Source of the DNA: Brevinematales bacterium
GTDB lineage: Bacteria > Spirochaetota > Brevinematia > Brevinematales > GWF1-51-8
Length of the DNA: 64,000 nucleotides
Direction: 5' to 3'
NCBI GenBank assembly: GCA_020059465.1
Contig: JAGVBZ010000041.1
Coordinates: 9,112 to 73,111 of the forward strand
This document shows positions 18,798 to 28,801 of the stretch, piece after piece; within the stretch, counting starts at the first letter, position 1; each line of letters opens with the position of its first letter. The translations under genes were made by a program, and so were the position numbers. The notes under the pieces were generated by a model, which was given only the letters and a program-made list of their open reading frames with translations, was not told the origin of the DNA and ran no database searches.

Positions 18798-20738
18798 ATG
18801 AAAATCCCCCGCGGCCTTTCTTTTCGTCTCCTGAGCGTACTGATTTTAGCCTTCACAATAGCGGTATTTCTGTTTCAACTCCCGGCTGCTGTGATCTTTT
18901 TTCCGCGCTATAAAGAATTTATCCTAAAAAACTTTTACCAGAATGTATCTCAAAAAACTGCCACTAAATTAGACTCGTTTATTAACGAACGGTTTAATAT
19001 GTTAAAAATTATTTCGGAAAAAGAAGAATTGAATGATATATTAATTGGCCCCGGAACCGCAAACCTGAAGAAGCTCCTTAAAGAAACAATGATGATAAAC
19101 CATTACTTTCCAGGAAATTCACTGCTGGTTGTTCATAACTCAAGAAGCATTTATATCGACGGACAATTCGGCGGCACCCTCAATCCGGAAAGCCCGATAG
19201 ATGAATGGTATTTTCAGCTTCAGAAAACAAATTATCAGTATGTGATCTTTACCGATTGGCATCAAATCCTGAAATTTCCCTATGTTTGGCTGATCAATAT
19301 TCTCAGGACTCCGGAAAAAGAACTTGGGATTGTGGGATTCGGTATTGAGATCAGCGAGTTATTAGAATACCTGAAGCCTGATAATGAACTTGAATTCGCC
19401 TCATCCGGAGAGGACGCATTCCATATCATGCTGGTGGATTCTGATGGAAGTATAAAGGTAAAAAAGGGTATGCTCTTCTTCGAGGGAGAACGATTTGATC
19501 AACTCCTTATGCCATCATCTGTCGGAGATTGGAAAAACTGGAAATATATCCGCGAGGTAAGTCTAAAAAACGGTAAAAAATATTATTACTCTGCTATCCC
19601 GTTGGTCTCCACAAAAGATACTCCCTCGCAATGGTATCTGATCTGCGGAGTTTCCGAGCAAACCCTCTATGGAAATACTTATTGGCGCGTATCGATTTAT
19701 TATATCGGGATTTTACTTCTCTATATCTGCGCTGTCTTGTTTGCCGTCGTGTTTATCTCCAAATTAGTCATCAAACGTCTCTCGAAATTGAATTTCGCCG
19801 CCGAAGCAATTTCGCAGAATAAACTGGACACTTCCCTTTCTATTGACGGCTCCGACGAAATAAGCATGCTCGCGGGTCATATATCAGATATCAGGGACAA
19901 TATAACCGAGTATCAGAATCACCTGAACGATATTATTCGCGCGCGTACGGAAGAACTTCAGTTTGCGCTTACCAAACTCGAACAGAAAGAAGAGTTGGCA
20001 CGGCATGAGATCACTTTCGCCGCATCGATTCAGCAGGGGCTTATTCCCCCGCCTGTTATCTGGAACGATCTATCAGTTTCGTCATATGTCAGCCAGATGG
20101 AAAAAATCGGAGGGGATATAATCGATGTGATAGATACCGATGATCAGCTTGTCGCCTATCTTGCCGACATATCGGGGCATGGGATTCCCGCGTCGATGAT
20201 CAGTATGCTGACAAAAATCGCTTTCCTATATGCAATTCAGAACAAGGAAAACATCATCGAGATTGCGAAGGAAGTCAACCAGAAAATCCATTATCTGATA
20301 AACCGTCAGGAAATCAAATATATCAATTACTTCACCGCGTTTATCCTTCTGTTCCGGAAGGATATGTCATTCGACTATATCTCGGCGGGACATATTCCGG
20401 CTATTCTCTTTAAGAAAGCCTCAAAGTCCTGTCACCTGATTTCTTCCTCGTCATCCATGATCGGCGTGTTCGATACTCAGATAGTCAAGTTTAATTATAA
20501 GAGCGACCGTCTGGAACGCGGCGATAAGGTTCTGGTTTTCTCCGACGGGTTTATCAATACGAAAAACCCATCGGGGAAAAAATATGGAATGGAACATCTT
20601 ATCGAGTTTACCAAGGAATGGAGCGGAGTATCTGTTGAGGAGTTCCGGCAATTGGTTATCGATGATTACGAGCGCCACCGGAAAGACAGACCTATCGACG
20701 ACGATGTTTCTCTGCTCATCATCGAACGAAAAATGTAG
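18798..20738 (+). CDS. membrane sensor with HAMP linker and SpoIIE/PP2C-type serine phosphatase domain
   Basis: Two TM segments flank an extracytoplasmic region. HAMP-like segment. C-terminal GGD..D......LADISGHG...SAGH...SDG...DD(V/I)S motifs of SpoIIE/PP2C. Start set at the ATG at 18798. Confidence 0.85.
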   Translation: MKIPRGLSFRLLSVLILAFTIAVFLFQLPAAVIFFPRYKEFILKNFYQNVSQKTATKLDSFINERFNMLKIISEKEELNDILIGPGTANLKKLLKETMMINHYFPGNSLLVVHNSRSIYIDGQFGGTLNPESPIDEWYFQLQKTNYQYVIFTDWHQILKFPYVWLINILRTPEKELGIVGFGIEISELLEYLKPDNELEFASSGEDAFHIMLVDSDGSIKVKKGMLFFEGERFDQLLMPSSVGDWKNWKYIREVSLKNGKKYYYSAIPLVSTKDTPSQWYLICGVSEQTLYGNTYWRVSIYYIGILLLYICAVLFAVVFISKLVIKRLSKLNFAAEAISQNKLDTSLSIDGSDEISMLAGHISDIRDNITEYQNHLNDIIRARTEELQFALTKLEQKEELARHEITFAASIQQGLIPPPVIWNDLSVSSYVSQMEKIGGDIIDVIDTDDQLVAYLADISGHGIPASMISMLTKIAFLYAIQNKENIIEIAKEVNQKIHYLINRQEIKYINYFTAFILLFRKDMSFDYISAGHIPAILFKKASKSCHLISSSSSMIGVFDTQIVKFNYKSDRLERGDKVLVFSDGFINTKNPSGKKYGMEHLIEFTKEWSGVSVEEFRQLVIDDYERHRKDRPIDDDVSLLIIERKM

Positions 20739-20938
20739 GGGCGGTTCCAGGTACCCTATCATTATTTTTAACATATATATCTACGCTGTTTTTAGAGCTG
20801 TTTTTAGAGGTGTCTGTAAATCTTGATTTTTTACATATTACTCTTTAAAGTATGGACACTAAAAATCCTCCGGCTCGCGATAACAAATATTCGGCGACGG
20901 TTGGAAAAATTTTTCAATTATCTCCTGAACAGAAAACT

Positions 20939-20972
20939 AATACCGCGTGTATGGTAAACCATAAGGATAAAT
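20939..20972 (+). repeat. direct repeat, left copy, flanking the R-M cassette
   Basis: aataccgcgtgtatggtaaaccataaggataaatag matches 23174-23206, apart from two single-base indels and the last few bases. Confidence 0.8.
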
Positions 20973-21043
20973 AGGCGGTCGCTTGATAGATATTTTTCTT
21001 GGTTTTTAAATAGATATCCTACAGCAATTGAAGGAGTAGAGTT

Positions 21044-22003
21044 ATGGAAAACGATATTGAAATAATATATGAGGATATTGAAGAGATTAAAAAAACGCTT
21101 TCTCCAATTTATATTGATAAGGGCGAATTATTTAAGGTAGAAGATAATGTCACTATTATAAGGAAAAAAAGGAAAAAGAAAATAGTATTTGGCTGGTACG
21201 GAGGAAAATTTTCTCACCTCGACTGGTTATTACCATTATTACCAAAATGCCATCATTATTGCGAACCCTTTGCGGGTTCTGCGGCTGTGTTGTTAAATAG
21301 AGAACCATCGGCTGTAGAAACCTATAATGACATTGATGGAGACGTTGTTAATTTTTTTCGGGTTCTAAGAGATAGAAACAACGAGATTATTAAAGCCATT
21401 TCACTAACGCCATTTTCCAGAGAAGAGTTCTATAATGCCATTTATGGAAGTTTAAATGGAGTAAGTGATTTAGAACGGGCCCGTCGTTTTTATATTAGAG
21501 CAAGACAAACTAGAACTGGATTAGCGCAAACTGCCACATTAGGGAGATGGGCAAACTGTAAAAATACAAGTCGGTCTGGAATGTCTGGCGTAGTATCTCG
21601 CTGGTTAGGAGGTATAGACGCTTTAGATGAAATAGCGCAGCGTCTCATTCGAGTTCAAATTGAGAACCGACCTGCTATAGATATAATTAAGCTCTATGAC
21701 CACCCGTATACCCTTTTCTATTGTGACCCTCCTTATCTGCACGCCACTCGCGGAGACTCAAATGCATATGTGTTTGAAATGGACGAGAAACAGCATAGAG
21801 AGTTTGCTGAAGCAGTAAACAAATGTCAAGGTATGGTGGCAGTCTCCGGATACGACCATCCACTTATGAATGAATTTTTCAAGTCTGATAAATGGTTTAA
21901 GACTTTTGGACTTGATAAGACAATTCATTCATCAAAAGGGTTCCGACAGGAAGTGTTATGGACAAACTATGATCCCAAGCAATATAAGGGAAACTTTATA
22001 TGA
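21044..22003 (+). CDS. N6-adenine DNA methyltransferase, D12/Dam-like class
   Basis: GWYGGKFSHLDWLLPLLP, SAM motif EPFAGSAAV, catalytic FYCDPPY. AAGGAG RBS. Confidence 0.9.
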   Translation: MENDIEIIYEDIEEIKKTLSPIYIDKGELFKVEDNVTIIRKKRKKKIVFGWYGGKFSHLDWLLPLLPKCHHYCEPFAGSAAVLLNREPSAVETYNDIDGDVVNFFRVLRDRNNEIIKAISLTPFSREEFYNAIYGSLNGVSDLERARRFYIRARQTRTGLAQTATLGRWANCKNTSRSGMSGVVSRWLGGIDALDEIAQRLIRVQIENRPAIDIIKLYDHPYTLFYCDPPYLHATRGDSNAYVFEMDEKQHREFAEAVNKCQGMVAVSGYDHPLMNEFFKSDKWFKTFGLDKTIHSSKGFRQEVLWTNYDPKQYKGNFI

Positions 22004-23121
22004 CACCAGAAGAATTTCTGAACGAAATCTATAATCGTGCTACTAGTACATTAAACTCCACAGTTATAGTTGACCAGTCTATCAGAGACAAAGTAATTTA
22101 TATTTGTCGTTGCACAAGTAATCGTTCCGGTGTACGTTTACTCTTGTCTTGTCTACTGGCAAAATTGGATAAACCTCACATTGACCCCCGCAAACCATAC
22201 ACAGAGATTGGTGATACAGATAGTTTTTCTGGGCGTACTTACGATGAACATTACCTAACTAAATTTATTACTGATTACCGTTTACCAGCTAATCCTACAA
22301 CCGCATTTCTTACGCCAACATTGCGTAATATTAACCATCCTTTAACTACTAAACTGGAATTAATAGGGAATCCTCGCGACCTCTATATAAAAACTCTTGA
22401 ACTTTTAGAAGATGTTGCAGAACAACGGATAGCTGCCGATGTGCTCTTTGTTGAGATTGTAAGAGAATTATTATTGTTACGTAATGAGAAACAATCTCGA
22501 ATTGATTCATTGCTAGGGGCAGTAGAACGAACTAAGGGGGCTTTGCCTTTATCGTCAGAATCCATTGTTACGTTAATAAGTCAGCATCTTGCGTGTAAAA
22601 ATGCAAGTCGTTTGCCAGTCCTTGTAGTTGCGGCAGCATATAAAACGGCTGGGGCACGACTTTTAGAGCATATTTTACCATTAAATTCACATAATGCCGC
22701 GGATTTTCAAACGGGTTCGGTAGGTGATGTTGAAATTTGCATTATTGGAGAGGATTCTGTTGCCACAGCTTATGAAATGAAAATGAAACAAGTCACTATC
22801 GATGATATTGATTTAGCTGTAAAAAAAATAACTAGAGCTTCTGCACGGATTAATAATTATCTGTTTGTAACAACAGATACTATCGACCCCCATGTAGCGG
22901 AATACGCAAAAACTTTTTATGAGAAAACAGATGGAACCGAAATTGCCATTCTTGACTGTATTGGGTTTCTGCGTCACTTTCTTCATATGTTTCATCGTAT
23001 TCGCTCTGATTTTCTGATTAACTATCAACAATTAGTTATTAATGAAGCAGATTCTGCCGTTAGTCAATCGCTTAAAGAAGCATTTCTTTCTTTACGACTT
23101 TCGGCTGAAAGTGAGGAGTAA
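22000..23121 (+). CDS. putative type II restriction endonuclease (PD-(D/E)XK candidate), specificity unknown
   Basis: ATGA overlap with the methyltransferase gene. Candidate catalytic pattern GSVGDVEI...AYEMKMK (D...ExK). No family recognised by eye. Confidence 0.5.
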   Translation: MTPEEFLNEIYNRATSTLNSTVIVDQSIRDKVIYICRCTSNRSGVRLLLSCLLAKLDKPHIDPRKPYTEIGDTDSFSGRTYDEHYLTKFITDYRLPANPTTAFLTPTLRNINHPLTTKLELIGNPRDLYIKTLELLEDVAEQRIAADVLFVEIVRELLLLRNEKQSRIDSLLGAVERTKGALPLSSESIVTLISQHLACKNASRLPVLVVAAAYKTAGARLLEHILPLNSHNAADFQTGSVGDVEICIIGEDSVATAYEMKMKQVTIDDIDLAVKKITRASARINNYLFVTTDTIDPHVAEYAKTFYEKTDGTEIAILDCIGFLRHFLHMFHRIRSDFLINYQQLVINEADSAVSQSLKEAFLSLRLSAESEE

Positions 23122-23173
23122 TTATACTATTTCAATGTACTGTAATATAGGGATAGTTATATAGCTAATGATC

Positions 23174-23206
23174 AATACCGCGTGTATGTAAACCATAAGG
23201 AATAAT
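23174..23206 (+). repeat. direct repeat, right copy, flanking the R-M cassette (contains the RBS of the next gene)
   Basis: aataccgcgtgtatgtaaaccataaggaataata lies immediately before the ATG at 23207. Confidence 0.8.
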
Positions 23207-24028
23207 ATGAAATCCGCAAATGTATTTCGTGTGGCCGCTTTCGGAGATATTATCGGAGACCCGGGGCGCAAGGCGTTCTTTAACTGTCTGAGGTTATTTA
23301 AAGAAAAGTGGCTCCCCGATACGATGATCGTGAACGGCGAAAACTCTGCGCACGGTTTCGGAATCACCCGCCATATCGTCGAGGAACTCCTCGAGCACGG
23401 GGTCGATGTGATCACCTCGGGGAACCATGTCTGGCAGAAAAAAGAGGTCTTTGAGTTCATCGACCGGTATCCCGGTTTTCTGCGGCCTATCAACTTCCCT
23501 GAGAATACCCCCGGCCACGGTTCGGTTATCATTACAGCGCCGGGCGGACTCCGTTTCGGGGTCATCAACGCTATGGGGCGTATCTATATGGAACCTATCG
23601 AGTGCCCGTTCCATACGATCGAACGCGAAGTGGAACGGATGAAAAAAGAAGGTGTTAAAATCATTATGGTCGATTTCCACGCCGAGGCCACCAGCGAAAA
23701 GCAGGTGCTCGGACGTTATCTCGACGGGAAGGTCAGCGCCGTATGGGGCACCCATACCCATATCCAGACCGCCGACGAGACCATCCTGCCGAACAAAACT
23801 GCCTACATCACCGATATCGGGATGTGCGGTTGTCAGGAATCGATTATAGGTATGAAAATCGCCGATTCTTACAGGAAAATCATCCAGCATCTCCCGGTGC
23901 GTTTCTCTCCCGCTGAGGACGGCCCGGTGTTCGTAAACGGAGTCATTGTTGATATCGACCGTACGAGCGGGCAGGCCTTGTTTATCGCGCGCTTTAAAGA
24001 GGTCTTCAGTGGAACCTACGGGAAATAA
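23207..24028 (+). CDS. YmdB-like metallophosphoesterase (TIGR00282-type 2',3'-cyclic-nucleotide phosphodiesterase)
   Basis: FGDIIGDPGR, NGENSAHGFGIT, TSGNHVW, DFHAEATSEK, GTHTHIQTAD motifs. Confidence 0.9.
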   Translation: MKSANVFRVAAFGDIIGDPGRKAFFNCLRLFKEKWLPDTMIVNGENSAHGFGITRHIVEELLEHGVDVITSGNHVWQKKEVFEFIDRYPGFLRPINFPENTPGHGSVIITAPGGLRFGVINAMGRIYMEPIECPFHTIEREVERMKKEGVKIIMVDFHAEATSEKQVLGRYLDGKVSAVWGTHTHIQTADETILPNKTAYITDIGMCGCQESIIGMKIADSYRKIIQHLPVRFSPAEDGPVFVNGVIVDIDRTSGQALFIARFKEVFSGTYGK

Positions 24029-24764
24029 GCCCCGCAAACTCCGCCTCGACCTGATACTTGTACATCGCGGTATGTTCGATTCCCGCGAGCGCGCCCAATC
24101 GGAAATACTCGCCGGAAACATCCTGGTTCATGAAACCCCTGTCACCAAACCGGGTCATCAATTCCCGGAGGATTGCGAAATCCGGGTCAAGGAACGATTC
24201 CCGTATGTCGGCAGAGGCGCGCTGAAACTTCTCGCGGCGTTCGACCGTTTCGGCCTCGATGTCCGCGGAAAAACAGCCATCGACCTCGGCGCATCCACGG
24301 GAGGATTCACGGAAGTTCTGCTGGAGAAGGGCGCACGCCTTGTTTACGCGGTGGACGTCGGCACGAACCAGCTCGCGTGGAAACTCCGCAGCGATCCGCG
24401 GGTTGTCTGCATGGAACAGACCCATGCCGCCGATCTCCCGAACCTAACGTTCGACCCCCGCCCAGAGTTTGCGGCGGTGGACGTCTCGTTCATCTCCCTC
24501 ACGAAAGTGCTCGCGCCCCTTCGGGAAATCCTGACCGGCGATTTTTCAATCGTTATACTGATAAAGCCCCAATTCGAGCTATGGAAGGAATTGATTAAAG
24601 ACGGCGGTATCGCCCCCAAGGAGCACCATCAGACCGCTATCCGGAACGTGCTCGATTACGCGGGAAGTATCGGATTATCTGCGGGAGATGTGATCGAATC
24701 GCCGATAACCGGCGCAAAAAGCGGAAATATAGAATATCTGGCCGTACTGCGAAAGCAGGGTTAG
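24009..24764 (+). CDS. tlyA: TlyA-family rRNA 2'-O-methyltransferase (haemolysin A-like)
   Basis: S4-like N-terminus RLDLILVHRGMFDSRERAQSEILAGNILV plus an FtsJ-like DLGASTGGFTEVLL motif. The GTG at 24009 is proposed as the start because there is no ATG before the conserved N-terminus. Confidence 0.8.
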   Translation: MEPTGNKPRKLRLDLILVHRGMFDSRERAQSEILAGNILVHETPVTKPGHQFPEDCEIRVKERFPYVGRGALKLLAAFDRFGLDVRGKTAIDLGASTGGFTEVLLEKGARLVYAVDVGTNQLAWKLRSDPRVVCMEQTHAADLPNLTFDPRPEFAAVDVSFISLTKVLAPLREILTGDFSIVILIKPQFELWKELIKDGGIAPKEHHQTAIRNVLDYAGSIGLSAGDVIESPITGAKSGNIEYLAVLRKQG

Positions 24765-25765
24765 AATATCTGGAACGTCACCCCGATATTCACCCGCTCC
24801 TCGGTGGAATTGTACGGATAGAAAATCGAGAAAAGCAGAGCGTCTATCAGTGACGCGTGGAACACGGTATTTCTGCCGAACGCGCGTACCCCGAATGTGA
24901 TGAGATACTGGTTGATCCCGCCGGTCTCATAGTAATCGCTGTCGATCATCATACCGAGGCTGATATGCGCCCCGGAGAAGGCTTCCAGGAAACGGACGCC
25001 GATATGCGGATGCAGGCGCGAGAACAGGTTGCTGTCGAATACAGGGGAACGGTCTTCCCCGTTCAGGATATATTTTATTCCGTCTATCAACGTGTATTCG
25101 AGGCTGAAAAACAGAATCGCCGATTGCGATACGTTCCATGAGATACCTGCGTCGAGTGTGGCGGGGTAAACCTCCGAAAGGGACGAACCCGCGATCGGAT
25201 TGCTCCATTCCACCGGCACGGGAGTATGAAAACAGACGCCGAGCTGGAATGCATCCGACAATTTCCACAACACACCGATATTGGCGCTCCAACCGTACCC
25301 GATACCGGAACTCTCGGACGCAAACACCGGCCCGATTCCCGCGCCTATCGCAAGATTATCGAATATCGGGAACGCCGCCGTTACTTTCAGCGTACGAACA
25401 TAGAGCGATTCCAGAGTGTATCCGTCGAATAATGTCGTCAGCGACAGGCCGAGCTTCAAACCGTCCACCGACACGACAGTACTGAAGAACGGAAAGAAAT
25501 CCGGGATAAGTTTGAAATTCGCGGCAAGTAGGTCGTAGGTATAGATCCCGGTGGACACTTCGAACATGAACGTCCATTTCCCCTTCATCTGCACGAGGCC
25601 GGCCGGATTGTAATGCACCGCGAGTTCGGAATCCGCATATCCGCTGTACGCTCCGCCAATTCCGTTAGCCTCGCTCCCTAGAAAGTATTTACCGATTGCT
25701 CTCCATGAATGTCCCGTGCTTCCCAATAAGATAACGATTCCCGTGATAATGAGCCGCTTTTTCAT
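24761..25765 (-). CDS. outer-membrane beta-barrel protein (family not assigned)
   Basis: Signal peptide present. Alternating hydrophobic beta-strand pattern throughout. C-terminal ...GVTFQIF ends in an aromatic residue. Confidence 0.55.
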   Translation of the reverse strand: MKKRLIITGIVILLGSTGHSWRAIGKYFLGSEANGIGGAYSGYADSELAVHYNPAGLVQMKGKWTFMFEVSTGIYTYDLLAANFKLIPDFFPFFSTVVSVDGLKLGLSLTTLFDGYTLESLYVRTLKVTAAFPIFDNLAIGAGIGPVFASESSGIGYGWSANIGVLWKLSDAFQLGVCFHTPVPVEWSNPIAGSSLSEVYPATLDAGISWNVSQSAILFFSLEYTLIDGIKYILNGEDRSPVFDSNLFSRLHPHIGVRFLEAFSGAHISLGMMIDSDYYETGGINQYLITFGVRAFGRNTVFHASLIDALLFSIFYPYNSTEERVNIGVTFQIF

Positions 25766-25857
25766 TATATTATGTATCCTTTTTTATTATAGTAGATTAA
25801 AAGTCAGTCTTATATTATAATCTATTTCTGTGAAATTTTCAATGATAGGGTTTAAAT

Positions 25858-26226
25858 ATGAATTATTTCGGCGATTCGCTTGATTACCAGTTTCGGATTC
25901 TGAATGAAATGATACATTCGCCCACCGGTGAAAAGGATAAAGACCTGCTTCTCGAAATGATATTACAGGCCGTACGCGACCTGTACTTTTTCCGTTTCGG
26001 ACGGGAATCCCACCAGAATATGCTCGAAACCGCGCGCGAACTCGAACTCAACCTCGACGAGCGCGGGTTAATGCTTCTCGATACGCTCGAGAACGCGTCC
26101 CGCAGGCATCACAAATTCATCGAGGTAAGCGCGGAGACCGGGCTAACGGATGTTCGGTGTTTGATAGGCGAATTGGAACGGGTTTACGGGCTTTGCAGTC
26201 CGGAGCTTTCCAAAAATACGCGGTAA
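25858..26226 (+). CDS. hypothetical protein
   Basis: ORF only. Its 3' end overlaps the convergent macro-domain gene by 43 nt, so the true extent is uncertain. Confidence 0.35.
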   Translation: MNYFGDSLDYQFRILNEMIHSPTGEKDKDLLLEMILQAVRDLYFFRFGRESHQNMLETARELELNLDERGLMLLDTLENASRRHHKFIEVSAETGLTDVRCLIGELERVYGLCSPELSKNTR

Positions 26227-26732
26227 TCGTCATTCCCGAAGAATACGAGAATGATCTTCTTCACAACTCCGCCTGAATCGATATAATTCGTTATAACCTC
26301 GGCGACAATACGCGCCGCCCGTTCGCGCGGAAAACCGTACACTCCCGTTGATATCGCGGGGAACGCCAACGATGCGCATTTTTTCTCACCGGCGCGTTTC
26401 AACGAGTTCCGGTAGGCGTTCGCAAGAAGTTCGTCCTCGTTCCGGTTACCGCCGTACCATACCGGGCCAACCGTATGGATCACATACTTCGCGGGAAGCC
26501 GCCCCCCGGTTGTGACTACCGCCTCCCCCGCGGGAAGCCCTTCGGGATATTCCGTATCCCGGATATGTTTGCATTCGTTGTAGATTTCACGTCCGCCCGC
26601 GTTGTGAATCGCGCCGTCGACACCTCCGCCGCCCAGAAGCGACGAATTGGCCGCGTTCACTATCGCGTCGGCATCCTCACGGGTGATATCTCCCGTCTTG
26701 ACAGTCAGGCGTCCTCCGAGAAACATCTCCAT
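26184..26732 (-). CDS. macro-domain protein (O-acetyl-ADP-ribose deacetylase-like)
   Basis: GDITREDADAIVNAANSSLLGGGGVDGAIHNAGG and AFPAISTGVYGFP motifs. Confidence 0.9.
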   Translation of the reverse strand: MEMFLGGRLTVKTGDITREDADAIVNAANSSLLGGGGVDGAIHNAGGREIYNECKHIRDTEYPEGLPAGEAVVTTGGRLPAKYVIHTVGPVWYGGNRNEDELLANAYRNSLKRAGEKKCASLAFPAISTGVYGFPRERAARIVAEVITNYIDSGGVVKKIILVFFGNDDYRVFLESSGLQSP

Positions 26733-26741
26733 ACCGTCCCC

Positions 26742-27161
26742 CTATTCCCCGATAATTTTGACCAGCACCCGTTTCCGCCTGCGGCCGTCGAATTCGCCGT
26801 AGAAGATCTGTTCCCACGGCCCGAAGTCGAGCCGTCCGTCCGTCACCGCGATCACCACCTCGCGCCCCATGATCTGGCGTTTCAGGTGCGCGTCGCCGTT
26901 ATCCTCGCCGGTCCGGTTATGACGGTACCTCGATATGGGCGAGTGCGGGGCGAGCTGTTCCAGCCAGTCCTTATAGTCACCGTGCAGTCCCGATTCGTTA
27001 TCGTTGATAAACACGCTCGCCGTGATATGCATCGCGTTGACCAGACATAGCCCCTCGCGTAACCCGCTTTCGGCGAGCGCCTTTTCGATATCTGAAGTGA
27101 TATTAATCAGTTCCATCCGTTCGGATGTATTGAACCATAATTCCTTCCGGAACGATTTCAT
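26742..27161 (-). CDS. YjbQ/UPF0047 family protein
   Basis: [13 protein letters not shown]...[20 protein letters not shown]...H is typical of the YjbQ family. A second paralog lies at 62327-62746. Confidence 0.8.
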   Translation of the reverse strand: MKSFRKELWFNTSERMELINITSDIEKALAESGLREGLCLVNAMHITASVFINDNESGLHGDYKDWLEQLAPHSPISRYRHNRTGEDNGDAHLKRQIMGREVVIAVTDGRLDFGPWEQIFYGEFDGRRRKRVLVKIIGE

Positions 27162-27175
27162 GATCCGTTTCTCCG

Positions 27176-28675
27176 TTAGTATAATTCGATCCTGATACTC
27201 CCGGCAGCGGATTCGGCATAGAGCTTTACCTTATTCCCGGAACCATTATATTTCATCGCCCCTTCTGCTGTTTCGCTGAAACCCCCGGGAAGTACCAATC
27301 CGTGCGAGCCGCTTGTGTAATAAACCGTGATATCGGAGTTGCGCGGGAGTTCAATTACGCTCTCTCCCGATAATACTTTTACCTTAATATCAACGGCATC
27401 CTTTCCCAATTTTACCTTGCATGACCCGCTTTTTACTTCAATATCCGCATTCCTTAAAGGTAAGCCGCTCAGGTCGCCTTTAATTTCACCGGACATATTC
27501 TTCAAATCGATATCGCAGGTTTTGTTTGGAATCATGTTGATCGACGAACTCCCGGTCATATTCTTATAGACCCAAGTCCAGACCATGCCGTTTAAATTAT
27601 CAGCGATCTGCGGAGTGGTGCCGGCGCTCTTATACTCGATACGTTCGTCGGAACTACCGATTCCTAATGTGATATCTCCCGCATAATTCTCGATCCGGTA
27701 CACGATACCGGTCACAGGAGAATCGGGCATCTGGTAGGAGTAATACGATTTATTGTCCGCAGTCTGCGGCGGATTAAATATTTTACGAAACTCTCCCTGA
27801 AGATCGCCGGACTTGATGCCCGGTTCCATCGCCCTTACCTGATCCACCGAGTAGAACCCGAAGAATACGAACATGATGGAAAGTATCAGGATACCTGCGG
27901 GCTTGACATTTGCCTTTTTTTCGAGCGCCTGCGCGACAAACTTCACGCCGAGCGCGATTATACCCACAGGAATCAGAATTCGGACATACACCCCGAATAC
28001 ATGATAGCTGATCAGGTCGAACCCGGTCATCGCGACAAACACTGCGAGCGTGAGAAGCACCGCGCCGACCGAATAGATCAGGAACGAATAGACACGGCGG
28101 GAAACTGTCGTAATCATCATCTGGAGGGCGAACAAGACCAGAAGGAACGCGAGAATAACGCTCCCTGCCTTGCGGAACAGCCATATCAGTCCGGGAAATA
28201 TCAGGTAGATACCGATCGAGATCATCACGAGCGCGAAACAGAGCGAAACAACGACCCCGATTGTCTTGAACGCCGCCTTAACAGGTTCTATCTGGCCGGG
28301 CGACATTCCGCTCCCGTCAATAAACTCCTTATAGGTTTTCTCGAAATCGAAGCCGGCTTCTCCCTCCTGCGGGCCTTTCGGGGATTCCGGCGGTTTTACA
28401 AATTCCGGACGGGCCGGCCCCTTCGGCGCGTTGACCGTATAATTGGCGGCCGGTTCCACAGGAGTTTCTATCTCGCGCCCGAAACCCGACGGCTCTTCGG
28501 GAATAAAGATACTCATGAACAGATAGAGAAAGAACCCCATACCGCCGGAAAAGATAAGAATAACGATAAACAGCGCGCGGGTCAGTCCGACCGGCATATT
28601 CAGGTAATCCGCAAGCCCTCCGCAAACCCCGCTGATTACGCGGGTTGTTCTTGAACGGTATAGCTTTTTTTCCAT
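27176..28675 (-). CDS. PspC-domain membrane protein with C-terminal beta-rich (DUF4097-like) domain
   Basis: [21 protein letters not shown] is the PspC signature. Multiple TM segments. Repetitive beta C-terminus. Confidence 0.75.
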   Translation of the reverse strand: MEKKLYRSRTTRVISGVCGGLADYLNMPVGLTRALFIVILIFSGGMGFFLYLFMSIFIPEEPSGFGREIETPVEPAANYTVNAPKGPARPEFVKPPESPKGPQEGEAGFDFEKTYKEFIDGSGMSPGQIEPVKAAFKTIGVVVSLCFALVMISIGIYLIFPGLIWLFRKAGSVILAFLLVLFALQMMITTVSRRVYSFLIYSVGAVLLTLAVFVAMTGFDLISYHVFGVYVRILIPVGIIALGVKFVAQALEKKANVKPAGILILSIMFVFFGFYSVDQVRAMEPGIKSGDLQGEFRKIFNPPQTADNKSYYSYQMPDSPVTGIVYRIENYAGDITLGIGSSDERIEYKSAGTTPQIADNLNGMVWTWVYKNMTGSSSINMIPNKTCDIDLKNMSGEIKGDLSGLPLRNADIEVKSGSCKVKLGKDAVDIKVKVLSGESVIELPRNSDITVYYTSGSHGLVLPGGFSETAEGAMKYNGSGNKVKLYAESAAGSIRIELY

Positions 28676-28801
28676 CTTTATCCTCCAACTTCGACCGTAT
28701 TATAAAACAATCTATCGGGAAAAACAACGATTTTTCATGTAATTTGACGAAAACAAATTCCCTCAATATATTTAACAAAAATCACCGAAGGAATTGTTAC
28801 C

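Noticed and set aside
20785-20808. Tandem duplication gctgtttttaga x2 just left of the R-M cassette
   Set aside because: There are only two 12-nt units, which is too short to interpret. It is noted as possible junction scarring but not called as a feature.
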